DNA of 64,000 bases from an uncultured virus (IMG/VR IMGVR_UViG_3300042554_002206) (Duplodnaviria > Heunggongvirae > Uroviricota > Caudoviricetes), in the IMG/VR virus record IMGVR_UViG_3300042554_002206. One strand, given 5' to 3'. Each line of letters opens with the position of its first letter. The first letter of the stretch is position 1. This document shows, in pieces, positions 18,687-28,887 of the stretch. The translations under genes and the position numbers were made by a program. The notes beneath the pieces were generated by a model. It saw only the letters and a program-made list of their open reading frames with translations. It ran no database searches and was not told the origin of the DNA.

Positions 18687-19448
18687 TTAGCCATCAACGT
18701 AAAAATCAAGATATGACCTTCTACTTTCACCAACGAGCGCTTGCGGCTCTGCGGTAAAAAGAGCGTCGCCAAAAGTAGAAGTAAAAATTTGTGGCAGAGG
18801 ATTTAGTGAAAATTTTAGCGCATTTACGCCACCGGTTTCAATATCCTGTACGTCACCGTAAAGAATGCCTAACAGGGACGGCTGATAATACTTAACACTA
18901 GGGATTGTTTCTGCAACAAAAAAATCTAGCTGGTCCCTAAGTGTGATAATTAAATTAGCATCATTCCCGCTCGGGCCATTGCGCTTGGGTTCGTTTGTAT
19001 TCATTTCAACCGTGATCCAATTTAGCAAAGGATAATCAGGCAAACCAGACGCCGCCCTTGATGCCGAATTAAACAAGTTGATTGTTTCGCTAATTATTTG
19101 ATAATCTTTTTCGCCTGCAGACCAAGCAAATATGTAATTTCCTGGTGTAAGAAATTTAAAAGATGGGGTTGTTACGGGTTCCCCGTTAAACACAAGAGAG
19201 ATTTTGGTATATACAAATTCTAAAGGTATTACTACAGCAAAAAAAGGAACCCTGTCTCCACCAATAAAACTAGGCTCCTCCCACCGCTGTTTTGCCAATA
19301 TGCCATTGTCCACTTGCAGCACCCGCCGCAATTCTCCCGGCTTCTCCGGTTGCCGCTTCTGCTTCTTCGCCCGGTTCTTCAGGATCCGCGCCCGTACCAG
19401 ATCCAGGATCTCCCACGGCACCGGATTGATGTCAACAATCAGGCTCAT
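18687..19448 (-). CDS. Hypothetical structural-region protein with low-GC C-terminal part
   Basis: ATGA-coupled; GC drops after about codon 60. Confidence 0.55.
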   Translation of the reverse strand: MSLIVDINPVPWEILDLVRARILKNRAKKQKRQPEKPGELRRVLQVDNGILAKQRWEEPSFIGGDRVPFFAVVIPLEFVYTKISLVFNGEPVTTPSFKFLTPGNYIFAWSAGEKDYQIISETINLFNSASRAASGLPDYPLLNWITVEMNTNEPKRNGPSGNDANLIITLRDQLDFFVAETIPSVKYYQPSLLGILYGDVQDIETGGVNALKFSLNPLPQIFTSTFGDALFTAEPQALVGESRRSYLDFYVDG

Positions 19449-19846
19449 CCCAGCGCTGCCAGTATCTGGAACGTTTTCGGCTGCCCCGACTGCAGTGTCT
19501 CTGGCGTCGGCAGTAAAACCACCCGGTCGGGATAGGTGCGGCTATCAACCTGCAACACAATCGCGTCGTAGGTGATCCCGCTACCGGTCGGGGTTAGCGG
19601 CATGGTGGCAAACGCTGGCAACTCGTACCTCGCGTTGCCAGAGTTGAACGTGCCGGTACCGATCGTGCCCGTTACCTCCGCGTATCCATTGCCTGCCGCA
19701 AGCTTCACTGCATCCCAGGCACTGATAAGGCTGGCCTGGGTTAGCACCGTGCCGCCACGCAGCGCCAGAAACATCCTGAAGGTCTTGCCTTCGTAGGTGA
19801 GCTGAGCCTGCTTGGCCAGCGCATCAGGTGAGATCAAAACGTCCAT
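19445..19846 (-). CDS. Tail-associated structural protein
   Basis: GNGYA motif, beta-rich, within the tail operon. Confidence 0.55.
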   Translation of the reverse strand: MDVLISPDALAKQAQLTYEGKTFRMFLALRGGTVLTQASLISAWDAVKLAAGNGYAEVTGTIGTGTFNSGNARYELPAFATMPLTPTGSGITYDAIVLQVDSRTYPDRVVLLPTPETLQSGQPKTFQILAALG

Positions 19847-19880
19847 AGGTGCCCCCGCTTACCGGAGCTTTCCACCCCCA

Positions 19881-20312
19881 TCAAGCCGGGGCCGGTAGCG
19901 GGATCTCCCAGGTTCTGGCGGCCCATGTCATCGTGCTGGCGCTGCTTGCCAGATCAACGCCGTTGTCTACGCAGCACACCAGCTCGTCAACTGAAGACGC
20001 CCCGCCGCGCGAGCGGTAGACCACCAGTCTACGCGCCGTGATCGTGCTAGCCGGCCAGATCGCAGCGCTGGTCGTGACCGTTAGCTTTGGAGGTGTTGAA
20101 GCGGTGTCAAGGGTCGCGGTCAAGGTTACGGTGACGCCCCCGGCGGTGTAACCGGTGCCCGTTACCTCATTGGTGACGTTGCTGCGTTTGGTGTGGGCAT
20201 TGCGGTCTTCGGTGTAACCCGAAGTAGTCAGCATCGCCTTGTATGTATGCGTGGTGTTGCAGTTCCCGCTCAAAACGTCTAGCGGGAAACTGCTGAAAAC
20301 GATTGAGGCCAT
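19881..20312 (-). CDS. Tail-associated structural protein
   Basis: NEVTGTGYTAGG...W..STITAR..VVY pattern. Confidence 0.7.
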   Translation of the reverse strand: MASIVFSSFPLDVLSGNCNTTHTYKAMLTTSGYTEDRNAHTKRSNVTNEVTGTGYTAGGVTVTLTATLDTASTPPKLTVTTSAAIWPASTITARRLVVYRSRGGASSVDELVCCVDNGVDLASSASTMTWAARTWEIPLPAPA

Positions 20313-20348
20313 GACTACCGGGTCAGTTCGCCTTAGCTTTCCCGGTCC

Positions 20349-22844
20349 CTAGCCGTTTGAGTATGGCGCGGTGGGGGGAGTGAAGCTGGCAGTATGCAGG
20401 CATTCGCTAAGAATTATTACTTCATCCATATTCCCAAAGATTTGATTAGAGTTGCCAGCGTACCCAGCACCTATAGTATTTATTGATATGCTACCTGAGA
20501 ATGTTACGGTTGCAAGCAGGTTCCCGTTAATGAACAATCTCACAGTTGTTCCTTGCCTTGTTAGCTCGTAATGATTGAAAACTTCAGAAGTTAGGCCGGA
20601 AAGGTAGTTGTTGAAGCGATCCCATAGGTAAGCATTGCTGTAGACGATAAGGTTTCCGGTTATTCCATCTTCGTTTAACCTAAATACTTGATTATTGTCC
20701 AAAATTGAATCAAACCCAAACAGCGCCTGGTCAAGCGTTATACTGTTAGCACTAAACCAAGTCGCTATCGTAAAGTCTCCAGAAAGCGTGATGGCCGGCG
20801 AGAATCTTAAGTAACCATTGACTTCCCCGCGAAGGCTTGCGGTGCCAAACTTTTTAACGTTTGTCCTTGTTACTACTGACCCGATACGCGTAATTGTTCT
20901 GGCGTATGAGCTTGAATCAGTAAAGACTGTGCCATTATCAGCCCCATCCATGTGCAGTAATAGAAGAACACTTCTGCCATCACTTCTTGCCCCCGGAGTA
21001 AATGTCGTAGCAGGTGTCACCCACTGCACGCCAGGGTTGGACCCAACCCCGTCCGTTCTTGCCCCCGGCGTGAACGTGGTAGCCGGTGTCACCCATGCCA
21101 CCCCTGGGTTGGGTCCATTGTTCGCTCCGCCCGGCGTGAACGTAGTAGCAGGTGTCACCCATGCCACGCCTTCGTTATACCCCTGGCCGTCGCTCCGCGC
21201 TCCAGGCTCAAACGTGGTGACATTCGTGACCCAGGCAACGCCGGGATTCTCGGCAACGGTAAAGGCTTGCAGCGTCCCGTAATTCATCGTTACGCTCACC
21301 AACGAAAGCGTCTGCGGCGTCATGTCATAGTCCGCCGTCAGCAGCCAGCTCAGCGATCGGCTCACGCTCTCACGTCGGACCGTTTCCGCCACCGAACCCA
21401 CTACAGCAGCCTTGGTAACCGCTGCCGCGTACACGTCACTCCCTGCGCCAGCAGTCCCCAGGCTGCTCCAGATGTTGCCCGGTGCCGCAGGGTCAAACCC
21501 CCCCGGCGCCGTGATCGTGTTCGCCAGAGCTGGGGTGCTGTTCACCGCTGGGGTCAGGGTTGACAGGTTGGTGGCTGGCACCGCCATGGGGAACCAATCC
21601 GCCCCGCTGCCTCCGGCCACCAACCCCGCCCCGCCGTCGAGCATGGCGTCACAGCCGGCAACCAGTCCCTGTGCGTCAAACGCATAGGTGATGCCATTGG
21701 CGCGGAATCGGCCTACGGTGCCGGCTGCTTCGATATAGATGCTGCTCATCGGTTCGCTGGGGATGTTGCGAAACTCGGTGGTAATGCTTTTGCCGTTGGC
21801 CATCCCTGAGAGAATTGCATAAACCGCTTTGCCGTATTCGTATGCAGCAGCGCTACTTGAAGCGTATACGTGAGTCAGCCCTGTGTTGTTATCCCCGCCG
21901 CCACCTCCACCCCCGCCATCACTAGCAGGTTCCAGGTAACTGTCTGGGGCAAACTGCATATTGTATTCAGCTCTACTGCTGGCTTCGTCCGCACCAAAAG
22001 AAAGTTCAGTAAATGGCGTTGCGTCATTGCCAAAAAACAAAGGCCCAGAGGTTGCATTAAAGCTGCTATTAGTTTTAAGTTCTTTTTGTTTGTTTTTAAG
22101 TTCTTCATTTTGCTTGTCAATCTCTTTCGGTTCTACTGGCGCCGTGCCGCGTCCAATGTTGATACTTTTTTCAACCCCTCTGCATATTAGTGAACTCATG
22201 CGATCAACCAGTAGGTAGGTTCCGGCAATACGCTCTGGGTCTGTTGCGCGTTTTAAGCTAGCCATGATTGCGGATGCAGCAGTTTTACCCCCTGCAGTGG
22301 TCCCCCAGGCTTGATATACGGTTGTGTATTGCAGAGTAAGGTCCGCAGCTTTGTTTTGTTCTTTTTGTACAATTGTTTTGCGTATCAATATATTGCCAGT
22401 GCCTAGGTCGATGTTTTTATAGTTTTCGATTGCTAGGCCGCCAGCAAATGCAATCCTGGGCTCGTACTCAAATGTCGTAACCTCGCTTTCAACAGGACCA
22501 TCTTCGGTGATGACGTACTTGTTAAATGTTTCGATTCGTCTGGTCAGCTGTGCGACAGGAAACGCAGGGCTACCGGCTTCTAGCTTTGACTTCCAACGGG
22601 TCGGGTTTGCAGCGCCGACGCATGTTGTCGTTGTCGCAATAGTAACAGCCGTAACGTCCTGCCTTTGCTCTTTTCCGTCTTTGTCAATATAATTCAGTGT
22701 TTGGTATTCGGTTATTGCTTCTGATTCGGCTGCAAACCTCACCCTATCTGATCTTGTTTCATAGGAGTCACCTACCTTGATCCGATATTCAATCGCGTAT
22801 TCTTCTGCGGGGCTAATTGTTTTCTGGATTGTCCAATTCTGCAT
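20349..22844 (-). CDS. Minor tail / receptor-binding protein with C-terminal LamG (concanavalin A-like) domain
   Basis: LLLHMDGADNGTVFTDSS...KFGTASL...DFTI...GNMDE...FTPPTAP; four NPGVAWVTPATTFTPG-like repeats. Confidence 0.75.
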   Translation of the reverse strand: MQNWTIQKTISPAEEYAIEYRIKVGDSYETRSDRVRFAAESEAITEYQTLNYIDKDGKEQRQDVTAVTIATTTTCVGAANPTRWKSKLEAGSPAFPVAQLTRRIETFNKYVITEDGPVESEVTTFEYEPRIAFAGGLAIENYKNIDLGTGNILIRKTIVQKEQNKAADLTLQYTTVYQAWGTTAGGKTAASAIMASLKRATDPERIAGTYLLVDRMSSLICRGVEKSINIGRGTAPVEPKEIDKQNEELKNKQKELKTNSSFNATSGPLFFGNDATPFTELSFGADEASSRAEYNMQFAPDSYLEPASDGGGGGGGGDNNTGLTHVYASSSAAAYEYGKAVYAILSGMANGKSITTEFRNIPSEPMSSIYIEAAGTVGRFRANGITYAFDAQGLVAGCDAMLDGGAGLVAGGSGADWFPMAVPATNLSTLTPAVNSTPALANTITAPGGFDPAAPGNIWSSLGTAGAGSDVYAAAVTKAAVVGSVAETVRRESVSRSLSWLLTADYDMTPQTLSLVSVTMNYGTLQAFTVAENPGVAWVTNVTTFEPGARSDGQGYNEGVAWVTPATTFTPGGANNGPNPGVAWVTPATTFTPGARTDGVGSNPGVQWVTPATTFTPGARSDGRSVLLLLHMDGADNGTVFTDSSSYARTITRIGSVVTRTNVKKFGTASLRGEVNGYLRFSPAITLSGDFTIATWFSANSITLDQALFGFDSILDNNQVFRLNEDGITGNLIVYSNAYLWDRFNNYLSGLTSEVFNHYELTRQGTTVRLFINGNLLATVTFSGSISINTIGAGYAGNSNQIFGNMDEVIILSECLHTASFTPPTAPYSNG

Positions 22845-23632
22845 CAGGAGGCACCTGCGGTCCAGGAATACGGTTCATTACCTGGTGTCATTGGCTTATA
22901 GTTGGGAGGAGTATTCACGGCAGGGAAATTCGACTGGCCGTAGTTGACCGTAATTTGATCGGGCGGCACAGGGTTTCCAATTGCTTCAACGGTAATCAGG
23001 TCTTGCATTGTTAAGAATGGCCCTCTGCTTGCCGGTGTTAGCACTTTTCGTAGCTGTAGCTTTTCTTCGGCATTGATAAATCCATACAAGCATGCTTCTG
23101 CAACAATTCGACTGGCAATCTCCAGGTAGCCGTCAGACAAATCAAAGCTATCAGCTGCTTTAGCAAATAGAATTAGTGGATTGCCGCTTGCTTGAACAAT
23201 TGAACAGCGTTCAAGGCACTTGTTGAAGACATTGCCTAAAAAAACAATGTTGGGCGTTGATCCTGCCGCATTACTAACGGGCGTCCACTGCGGGTGATCG
23301 TCAGCGTAGTAAATCTCGGGCTTCGCTAGATCCCACTTCAGGGCCAGCAGGCAGCCAACGGTCAGGGTGGTCTGGTTTTCGATCGGGTCGCTTTCGGCTT
23401 TGATCACCCGCAAACGCCTGGGGAATCGGGTCAGGGTGTCCCCCGGCAGCCGCACCCCTAGGGTGATCTCGGTGCCCTTAGCGGGTTGGATGAGGCCACT
23501 GATCACCACTTCCCCTTGCGTGCGCAGGAGGCCCACCCCAGGTTGCAGCAGATCGTCGGATAGCTGGCCGCTGATCACAGGCCCCAGGTTGGTGAATACC
23601 TGGGCGCGAACATCAATCGGTGCCGCAGTCAT
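22844..23632 (-). CDS. Minor tail protein
   Basis: TGATG-coupled, downstream of the tape measure gene. Confidence 0.55.
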   Translation of the reverse strand: MTAAPIDVRAQVFTNLGPVISGQLSDDLLQPGVGLLRTQGEVVISGLIQPAKGTEITLGVRLPGDTLTRFPRRLRVIKAESDPIENQTTLTVGCLLALKWDLAKPEIYYADDHPQWTPVSNAAGSTPNIVFLGNVFNKCLERCSIVQASGNPLILFAKAADSFDLSDGYLEIASRIVAEACLYGFINAEEKLQLRKVLTPASRGPFLTMQDLITVEAIGNPVPPDQITVNYGQSNFPAVNTPPNYKPMTPGNEPYSWTAGAS

Positions 23633-24396
23633 CAGGCAGCCCTCCGTTTGAGCTTCACTGAGACGATGTAGCGCTCGACCACCGCACCACCGCTGATGAT
23701 CTGGTCGCGCTCCAGTCCCATCTCACCCACGGGCCAGAAGTCGGTAGCTCCAGGACGTGCGGCGATGGTGGACGTGAACCACCCCTTTAGCGCAGTCCAG
23801 CCGGCGGCGTTGGTGACCCCCCGAACGGTCCGCACCTCAGAGGCCACCAGGGGGCCCCGTGCCACGAACCCCCCGGTGCTGGTTGGCTCCAGTGATGGGC
23901 CATCCTCGAAGCCCTCGGGCTGATCCAGTAGGGCCAGGGTGGTGCTCCCCAGGGTGATGGTGCCGTAGGCGGGCAGAAACGCATCACCCCCTAGACGAGC
24001 TTTCTCGTTCTGGCGGAGCACTACTGCCAACTGCTGCGCCGCGTCGATCAGCGTAAGGTTCACCTTGACCCAGGCCCCGGTCGTTTCGCCCGCCGGGGCC
24101 CCGGTGAACCAACACCCCAGGCCAGTGACGCTCCGGCCATGGGCGGCACATGTGAGGGACACGGTGGCCCCCGCAGCTCGGCTGGCCAAGGTGGGTGCCT
24201 CCAGGATCTTGGCCGACTGCCAGGCATCAAAAATGCTGCAGCACGTCACCCACTGCGCTGGCGTGCAAAGCCCCGCCACGGTGAAGCGTCGCGCCGTCAG
24301 CCCCTGCTCGGTTTCCGCTTCGGCATAGCCAAACGGCTGCGCCTGCAGGTAACGCAGGGTCAAGGTCGAGCCGCCATAGCTGAGCTGGATGCTCAT
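23632..24396 (-). CDS. Distal tail-like protein
   Basis: Directly follows the tape measure gene. Confidence 0.55.
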   Translation of the reverse strand: MSIQLSYGGSTLTLRYLQAQPFGYAEAETEQGLTARRFTVAGLCTPAQWVTCCSIFDAWQSAKILEAPTLASRAAGATVSLTCAAHGRSVTGLGCWFTGAPAGETTGAWVKVNLTLIDAAQQLAVVLRQNEKARLGGDAFLPAYGTITLGSTTLALLDQPEGFEDGPSLEPTSTGGFVARGPLVASEVRTVRGVTNAAGWTALKGWFTSTIAARPGATDFWPVGEMGLERDQIISGGAVVERYIVSVKLKRRAA

Positions 24397-24406
24397 CAGG
24401 GCACCC

Positions 24407-27400
24407 TCAGCGAATCCGCGCCATTGTCTGCTGCAGCTTCAGGCTGGACCCGTCGCCTCGCACATTGACCCCCACGTTCCACGCTTTACGCCTCAGTTCA
24501 GCTACCTCCTGGCTCAGGTTTCCAACCGCCGCCGCCAGATGGGCCATTGCCGGATCGGATCCCACCCGCATCACACCAGCGCCACCACCCAGGGCCCCGG
24601 ACTCCTTCAGGCGGCTGGTCACGGCAGCAGGGATGACCGTGCCCTTCGATGGCGCCATCCAGAGGCTGTTTGCGGGTCGATTGATCAAGCTCAGCGCCCC
24701 CGATGCCGACAGGAACGACTCCTGTCCCAGGCTCATCCCGCTCGGGCCGTCATTGATCCGGTAGGTCCGGCCGGCGTCTACCGGGCCACCGGTAAACCGC
24801 GCATCAGGCAGCCCGGATGCTGCCGCCAGGGCGTTGTAAAACGATTGGGCAGCACCTGCGGCGTTGTTCATGTTTGTGGCCAGCCCCGCCGCCTGCGTCC
24901 TGGCTGCGCCAGTGGCCTTTGCTGCGGTACCCATGTAATCTCGGATGTTGTTCGCAGCGGGCGACGCATCCTTGCCCAGGGTCTTCCCTATCTCGAAATA
25001 GCCCTTTCCCGTGTCGCGCACCTGAAGGCCTACGGCCTTGGCCAATTCCGCGAACGAACCCTGCTGTGATAACGGAACCTTAAGGGAATTGCCATAGGTC
25101 TTGAACTGGTCTGCGGTATTCTTGGCCGCTTTGAAGGTGCCATCAGCGGCAAGCGCTAGACCCTTGGATGCAGCTTCAGCCTTAAGCTGGTTTTGCGCTG
25201 CTTCGCCATTGGCGGCAGCGATCTGAGCCTCAATTGGCTGGGTTTTGGCCAGGATCTGCAGTTTAGAGTCAGCGCTTTGAACGCCAAGTTCGGCAATCTG
25301 AACCCCTAGCTCCGCCTGTGCTATGGCTTCTTTGTTGCCTGCCAACTCAGCGGACTGCAGCTTCAGCCTTGCTTTGTCTACCTCCAGTCTTGCGTTATTC
25401 GATGCTAGGTCAGCTTCTAGCGCTGCTCCTTCCTGCTGTAGAGCTAGTAGGCTGCGTTGCAGGTTTTGCTGCTCAAGCAATGCCTTGTACTTAAAGTCAA
25501 GGGCAGCCTTGTCAATTGCATCGGCTTGACGCCTGATTGCATCAAGCTCTTGCTCGCTTGCGCCACGTTTCTGCGCCTCCTGTAGCTCATAGTTATTGCG
25601 ATTGCGGATAATACTGAAACGCGAATTTTCTAGGCCAATAAGCGCTTGGCCAAGGTTGATACCGGCCTGCTGAACTTCTGCGCGACCGGCATTTTCGGCC
25701 TGGAGGGTCCTGCCAACTGCTTCCGCTAATTGCGCTTGACTTGCTAACTCTTTGACCTTTTCTTCGTTTTGCTTTTTCGCAATCGTGAGTCGCTGAGATT
25801 CAGCAGCGACGGCAGCATTAGTTTCGCCTACTATGTCGCGCTGTTTGCTGGCAAAATCTTTGGCTAGGTCGCCAATCTCTGTTTGAACCTGAGCAAACCG
25901 ATTACCTCCTAAGTTCAGTTCACCAAACCAATCACGACTGGCCCCAGTGTTTGCGATGGCGTTGCTTAGCAGGTTCTTGGCTTGCTGGTCGCTAAGTCCG
26001 TATTCCTTGGTGATGTTTTTTAGGATGCCAACAAGCTGGGTTGCTTCATCGGCCGTTACACCAAACGACTGACGCAAGTCTCTTGCCGATACATCAACCT
26101 TTAACCCTTCCAACGCCCCGACTAGCTTTACTACCTGCTGCGTAACTGTTGGCAACAAACTGGTTCCAAAACTGGCCTGCAGATCTTCCCAAGCATTCTG
26201 CAGTTTGGCGAAGTTCTGCGCTGCAGTTGGCACACCACCCGCGCCCGCAGTAAGTTCATTTAACCCTTTGGTTAGCGCTGGGAAAAACTTGGCCGATGTG
26301 AGCTTGCCCGATTCCACCAGCTTGATTAACGATTGCTGGCTGATTCCAAGGCCCTTGGCGGTAGCGGCTAGGGCAGTCGGCAGTTGTTCTCCGAGCTGTT
26401 GACGCAGCTCTTCCATGGAAACCACGCCCTTTGAGGCGATTTGCTGAAGCGCCAAAAAGGTCCCGCTGATTCCATCATTGGTCAACCCCAATACTTGACC
26501 GGCCTTTGCTACCGATGCAAACAGCTCTTTTTGTTGCTTTAGCGGCACGCCGGAAGCCGTTGCTGCTGCGGTAAAACTGCCGAAAGTGCTAGACAGACTT
26601 CTGTAAGACAACCCCAACGTCTCGGCGGTTTCACGAGCGAAGCTGAGAGCCCCAGCAGCCCCCTGGGCGCCAAGGGTGGCGGATAGCTTGCGGGTGGTTG
26701 TTTCAAGCTCTGCCGCTCCCTGAATGGATCCCTTCAGGAACCCAACCACCGAATAGGTAACCCCAACAAAGCCCAGTGCGTTTAAGGCATTGCCAAGAAC
26801 GCCAACCGCTACGCTAGTTTTACCAAGAGCTTGATCAACTTGTAGCTGTGTGCGTGCAATTTCCGACTGTGTTTCCTTAAACGCCAGCGATCCGATTGCT
26901 GTTTTATCTAACGACTGGTTTAGTTCTGACAAGCGATTGCGTAGCCCGCTAATTGTTTGCTCTTTACCGCTGAATCCATTTAAGGCATTATTGATTTCTC
27001 TTTGTGTTGCCGCGATTCCTTTTTGTGCCGCGACAAACTCCCTGGAACCAATCTCTGCTTTTTGCAAAGCGCTATTATACTGAGCCAGTTTATTATTTAA
27101 CCCTTCAATGCTGTTTTGACTGCCAGTAAACCCTTTTAGTGCCGCATTGAGCCTGTCTTGAGTTTGAGCAATTTCTTTTTGTGCCGCCACAAACTCTTTA
27201 GAGCTAATCTCAGCTTTTTGCAATACTCCGTTAAGTTCGGTTAGTTTATTGTTTAACCCTTCAATACTATTTTGGTTTCCGCTGAATCCTTTTAGTGCCG
27301 CATTTAACCTCTCCTGGGTTTGAGTGATTTCCTTTTGTGTTGCGACAAATTCTTTCGACCCAACCACGCTTTGGCCTAGGGTTTCATTGAGGGCCGATAT

Positions 27401-28021
27401 TTTACTGCGCAACCCGTTGATCGTGTTTTCGCTTGCGCTAAATCCTTTCAATGCATCATTTACTTGCTTTTGCGTTGCTGCAATTCCCCTTTGTGCCGCC
27501 ACAAAGTCTTTGGAGCCAATTTCAGCTTTTTGCAGTATGCTATTATACTCTGCCAGCCTGTTGTTTAATCCTTCAATGCTGTTTTGGTTGCCGCCAAATC
27601 CCTTTATCGCTGCGTTTAACTTGTCTTGAGTTTGGGCGATTTCTTTTTGCGCTGCTACAAACTCTTTAGAGCCAATTACGCTTTGGCCTAGGGTTTCGTT
27701 CAGCGCCGCCATCTTGTTGCGCAGCCCGTTAATAGTCGCCTCCCCTGCGGCAACCCCCTTTAGCGCATTGTTGATTTCCTGCTGTGTTTTGGCGATTTCT
27801 TTTTGCGCAGCCGCAAACTCCTTTGATCCGATAGCCGCTTTGTTTAGGGATTGGGTTAACTCATTCAGTCGGCTACGCAGCCCTTCGATCGTCTGGTCGC
27901 TCCCGCCGAATCCTTGCTTGAACTGCTCCCCCGCCTGCTTGCCTGCCTGCCCGATCTGCCGCGAGGCATCGAGTACCCCCTTGACATCGGCCGTTACCTT
28001 GACAACCCACTCGTTTGCCAT
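24407..28021 (-). CDS. Tail tape measure protein
   Basis: 1204 aa, helical; QIASKGVVSMEELRQQLGE tape-measure motif; seven 52-aa N-terminal repeats. Confidence 0.92.
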   Translation of the reverse strand: MANEWVVKVTADVKGVLDASRQIGQAGKQAGEQFKQGFGGSDQTIEGLRSRLNELTQSLNKAAIGSKEFAAAQKEIAKTQQEINNALKGVAAGEATINGLRNKMAALNETLGQSVIGSKEFVAAQKEIAQTQDKLNAAIKGFGGNQNSIEGLNNRLAEYNSILQKAEIGSKDFVAAQRGIAATQKQVNDALKGFSASENTINGLRSKISALNETLGQSVVGSKEFVATQKEITQTQERLNAALKGFSGNQNSIEGLNNKLTELNGVLQKAEISSKEFVAAQKEIAQTQDRLNAALKGFTGSQNSIEGLNNKLAQYNSALQKAEIGSREFVAAQKGIAATQREINNALNGFSGKEQTISGLRNRLSELNQSLDKTAIGSLAFKETQSEIARTQLQVDQALGKTSVAVGVLGNALNALGFVGVTYSVVGFLKGSIQGAAELETTTRKLSATLGAQGAAGALSFARETAETLGLSYRSLSSTFGSFTAAATASGVPLKQQKELFASVAKAGQVLGLTNDGISGTFLALQQIASKGVVSMEELRQQLGEQLPTALAATAKGLGISQQSLIKLVESGKLTSAKFFPALTKGLNELTAGAGGVPTAAQNFAKLQNAWEDLQASFGTSLLPTVTQQVVKLVGALEGLKVDVSARDLRQSFGVTADEATQLVGILKNITKEYGLSDQQAKNLLSNAIANTGASRDWFGELNLGGNRFAQVQTEIGDLAKDFASKQRDIVGETNAAVAAESQRLTIAKKQNEEKVKELASQAQLAEAVGRTLQAENAGRAEVQQAGINLGQALIGLENSRFSIIRNRNNYELQEAQKRGASEQELDAIRRQADAIDKAALDFKYKALLEQQNLQRSLLALQQEGAALEADLASNNARLEVDKARLKLQSAELAGNKEAIAQAELGVQIAELGVQSADSKLQILAKTQPIEAQIAAANGEAAQNQLKAEAASKGLALAADGTFKAAKNTADQFKTYGNSLKVPLSQQGSFAELAKAVGLQVRDTGKGYFEIGKTLGKDASPAANNIRDYMGTAAKATGAARTQAAGLATNMNNAAGAAQSFYNALAAASGLPDARFTGGPVDAGRTYRINDGPSGMSLGQESFLSASGALSLINRPANSLWMAPSKGTVIPAAVTSRLKESGALGGGAGVMRVGSDPAMAHLAAAVGNLSQEVAELRRKAWNVGVNVRGDGSSLKLQQTMARIR

Positions 28022-28022
28022 A

Positions 28023-28469
28023 TCAGCTTCCTGGGGTGACGACGTACTGGGTGGGGTTCGTCCAGCTCAGGGCGTACTGATCGAGCACCCCGATACCACG
28101 GCCTGGGGGATCGCCACCAATCAGCACCGCACGGCAGCCGGGCAGGAGGGCGATGATCCGCTGCGCCAGTGCCTGCAGGGCCGTCATCCCGCCAGCCGGC
28201 GACCATTCGGACACGTAGATCCGGAACTGCGGGCTGAGCGCCGTTTCGCCCGTGGCGAAGGCTTCGGTGGCGTAGTCGGGGTTGGCGAGGATCACCACTT
28301 CCAGTCCAGCCACGGCCACCCCTTCGGGCAAGGCTTCATTGCGCCGCACTACTGCGATGGCGGGGATGGCGGTGCCGCTGCGGGGGGTGTAGGTGCCCAG
28401 TGCTGCGCTGACCACGGCATCGGCCGCCAGTAGGTCGTATAGCTCCTGTGCAGTGGTGGGCAGGGTCAT
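28023..28469 (-). CDS. Tail completion/terminator-like protein
   Basis: LYDLLAADAVVSAALG N-terminus; size and position. Confidence 0.55.
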   Translation of the reverse strand: MTLPTTAQELYDLLAADAVVSAALGTYTPRSGTAIPAIAVVRRNEALPEGVAVAGLEVVILANPDYATEAFATGETALSPQFRIYVSEWSPAGGMTALQALAQRIIALLPGCRAVLIGGDPPGRGIGVLDQYALSWTNPTQYVVTPGS

Positions 28470-28545
28470 GCTGCAGCTTTCCCGGTAACCTGCCTAAACC
28501 ACCGCCTACCCATCATGGAAGCTCGCTCCTGCTACGGCAGGCACT

Positions 28546-28570
28546 AAAAAGCCCCAGCATCGCCGGGGCC
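28546..28570 (-). terminator. Intrinsic terminator
   Basis: GCCCCGG...CTGGGGC followed by TTTTT on the - strand. Confidence 0.6.
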
Positions 28571-28612
28571 TATCAATTCAGTTGTCCGGAATTTCCGGAT
28601 ACCTGATCAGAC

Positions 28613-28885
28613 CTACCACTTCACCTTGTCAGCCCAGTAGGCGGCACTCATTGGGCCCTTGGCGATATTCTCGGCATGGCGGGCCTTGAAGCTCGCACGG
28701 CGGGCCTTCTGCGCCTTGGTGCGTGGTTGATCGCCAGCACCGGTAACACCTTGCTGCCCAAACCTGATCAGCCGGACCTTCTCGCCCTCCTTCGCCAGCA
28801 CCGCATGGCTCTTAGTGGCGTGCTGGGGGGTCCGCTTAGGCTTGTTGTAGCCCTCGAACTTCTCCCCCCGAACAGTGATCGCCAT
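28613..28885 (-). CDS. Conserved small basic phage protein
   Basis: GYNKPKRTP.H.TKSHAVLAK...LIRFGQQG...RRASFKARH...SAAYWADKVKW. Confidence 0.75.
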   Translation of the reverse strand: MAITVRGEKFEGYNKPKRTPQHATKSHAVLAKEGEKVRLIRFGQQGVTGAGDQPRTKAQKARRASFKARHAENIAKGPMSAAYWADKVKW

Positions 28886-28887
28886 GA

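Noticed and set aside
26850..27900. AT-richer ~156-bp repeats as a mobile or non-coding element
   Set aside because: They are in-frame 52-aa repeats of the tape measure protein.
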